This document shows positions 62,051-64,000 of a DNA stretch of 64,000 nucleotides, piece by piece (position 1 is the first letter of the stretch; every line of letters starts with the position of its first letter). This DNA comes from Podarcis cretensis (Eukaryota), in the NCBI GenBank assembly GCA_951804945.1, contig OX638165.1:30938001-31002000 (forward strand), given 5' to 3'. Both the position numbers and the translations under genes were made by a program. The notes beneath the pieces were generated by a model that was not told the origin of the DNA, did not search any database, and saw nothing but the letters and a program-made list of their open reading frames with translations.

Positions 62051-62555
62051 CAGTCATACCTCGGGAAGAATACGCTTCAGCTTAAATATTTTCAGGTTGC
62101 ACTCTGTGGTGACCCGGAAGTAACAGAGCGCATTACGTCCGGGTTTTGCTGCTCGCGCATGCGCAGACGCTCAAAATGACGTCATGCGCATGCGTGGAAG
62201 CTGCGAAATGCGACCTGTGAACGTGCAGACGCACAGTTGTGTCTTACATTCGCTTCAGGATGAGAACGAGGCTCTGGAACGGATCCCATTCACATCCAGA
62301 GTTACGAACTTAATCTGGTTACGAACTTAATCTGTTAAATTACAAACTTAATCTGTTTCCGGAGGTCTGTTTGTAACCTGAAACCGATCGTAACATGAAG
62401 CGCACTTTCGCTAATGGCGCCTCCCGCTGCTACCTCACGACTTCAGCTTGCATCCCGGGGCAAAGTTCGCAACAAGGGGACCTACTTCCAGGTTAGCAGA
62501 GCTCGTAACCCGAAGCATTCGAAAGGAGGACGGTACGTAACACAAGGTTCCACTG
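62051..62555. mobile_element. Composite of two Tigger-like MITE families
   Basis: Left half is the reverse of the 11100 family, right half resembles the 48316 family; outer ends are TA-flanked TIRs. Confidence 0.8.
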
Positions 62556-63556
62556 TATATATTTAATCTGCAACTGAAAGCATACTCAATTAAAGTTATA
62601 AGTTCTTTAAACTTTAAAAGAGAGTGTGTTGCATAGTTTTTAAAGGGGGGGGGCGGAGAATGAAAGGGTCAAACGACCCAGGGCTGTCTTCCTCATACTC
62701 TGCAAATGGGAACTACAGTCTAATTTCCCACACTTTCCACAAGTCTCTCGGTCTCTGCTTCTGCCATCTGATAACTGCAATAACTGAAATCCAATCCCTC
62801 AGGGATATTGTAGCAGGCGGGGGTGGGGGTGGTAGGGAGGCTGGTAATCTGTGCGCAATCCCAGGTACATGATCCGTGGCAGCGCACAGCAGCCTTCCCT
62901 GCACCCGTCGAGAGAGAGTTTGCTCTCTTTGTGTCTGTGATTTAGCCACACGGCTCTGAAGCATGCAATAAGAGTGACTCCCCCTAATTCACTCTGAATG
63001 ATGGTGGCTGCTGGGAAGAGCTCCTTTCCAGAATCGCTTAAGCGGCGGCTTTGCAAAAGTTGCTACGAGCTCCGAGGGAGGGAACTCTGAGGCCTGCTGA
63101 GCCAGCAGGCGTACTCAAGTCGAATTCAAGGGAAGCGAGCGGAGATGGAAGCAAGATGGAAACGTTGCCCTCAGTGTGAAGATAACTTATCATCTTCTTT
63201 TTAAACAAAAGAAGAAGAATGAATCAAGTAAAGTCCCCTTCTGGACGTTTTATTGGCACTTGCAGTTCAGTCCCCCGCAATTCCTACTACGACGATTTAC
63301 AGTTTCCCCCTCAGGTGGTACTTGTGTCATGGCCCCAAACCAGGGGCCAAACATTTAAAGCACTATGACACCACTTCAAAAAGTCATGGCTTCCCCCAGA
63401 AAATTCTGGGGGGTATAATTGGTTAAGGCTGCTGTACTAGAGGTACAATTCCCATTGTGGTTTAAAATTCAACCCCTTTTCACAGAGAACTACGAAGCCA
63501 CAACTGTTTAAAGTGGTGCTGCAGTGCTTTGTGTGTGCAGTGTGAATGAGGCCCAG

Positions 63557-63710
63557 GAATCATAGAATCACAGGTTTGTAGAGCTGGAAGGGGCCACAAG
63601 GGTCATCCAGTCCAACCCCTGCAATGCAGGAAACTTTCATCCACCATGGGGCTTGAACCCATGAGCCTGGAATTAAGAGTCTCATGCTCTACTGACTGAG
63701 CTATCCAGCC
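63557..63710 (-). mobile_element. tRNA-Lys-derived SINE with CR1-like tail
   Basis: Reverse strand reads ggctggatagctcagtcagtagagcatgagactcttaa...gggttcaagcccc, then ggttggactggatgacc...gattctatgattc. Confidence 0.8.
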
Positions 63711-63729
63711 TCATATGCAAAAGTAAGTG

Positions 63730-64000
63730 AGGCAGATGGCGCTGTGGGTTAAACCACAGAGCATAGGGCTTGCCGATCAGAAGGTCGGCGGTTCGAATCC
63801 CCACGACGGGGTGAGCTCCCATTGTTCAGTCCCAGCTCCTGCCAACCTAGCAGTTCGAAAGCACATCAAAGTGCAGGTAGATAAATAGATACCGCTCTGG
63901 CGGGAAGGTAAACGACGTTTCCGTGCGCTGCTCTGGTTCGCCAGAAGCGGCTTAGTCATGCTGGCCACATAACCCGGAAGCTGTACGCCGGCTCCCTCTG
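63730..64000 (+). mobile_element. Sauria SINE (cut off by the window end)
   Basis: tggcgctgtgggttaaaccacag...ggttcgaatcccc body. Confidence 0.9.

Noticed and set aside
63728-63745. CTCF-like motif GGCAGATGGCGC
   Set aside because: Only a partial match, located in a mutated SINE head; not supportable from sequence alone.

Overview
Vertebrate genomic DNA from a squamate reptile, most likely a lacertid lizard (inferred from Sauria SINEs, a Bov-B LINE and squamate-type MITEs). Two convergent protein-coding genes are present. (1) YPEL1 on the + strand: CpG-rich start at 1-520, four coding exons at 7805-17326 giving a complete 119-aa protein, and a ~5-kb TE-free 3' UTR. (2) The 3' part of PPIL2 on the - strand: six exons at 53230-36123 encoding the end of the cyclophilin domain and the C-terminal tail. 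The rest is intron or intergenic DNA dense in L1, L2, CR1, RTE and Bov-B LINE fragments, SINEs, and Tc1/mariner and hAT MITEs, several of them nested, plus one 153-N gap. I found no prokaryotic-type system or CRISPR array. The most interesting signal is the YPEL1 5' architecture. An in-frame ACG in strong Kozak context would add a 35-aa Cys-rich N-terminal extension. A spliced upstream ORF would overlap the main AUG, and the first coding exon ends at a GC (not GT) donor. Gene identities rest on my recall of the human proteins; TE family names and some TE boundaries are approximate and were not database-checked.
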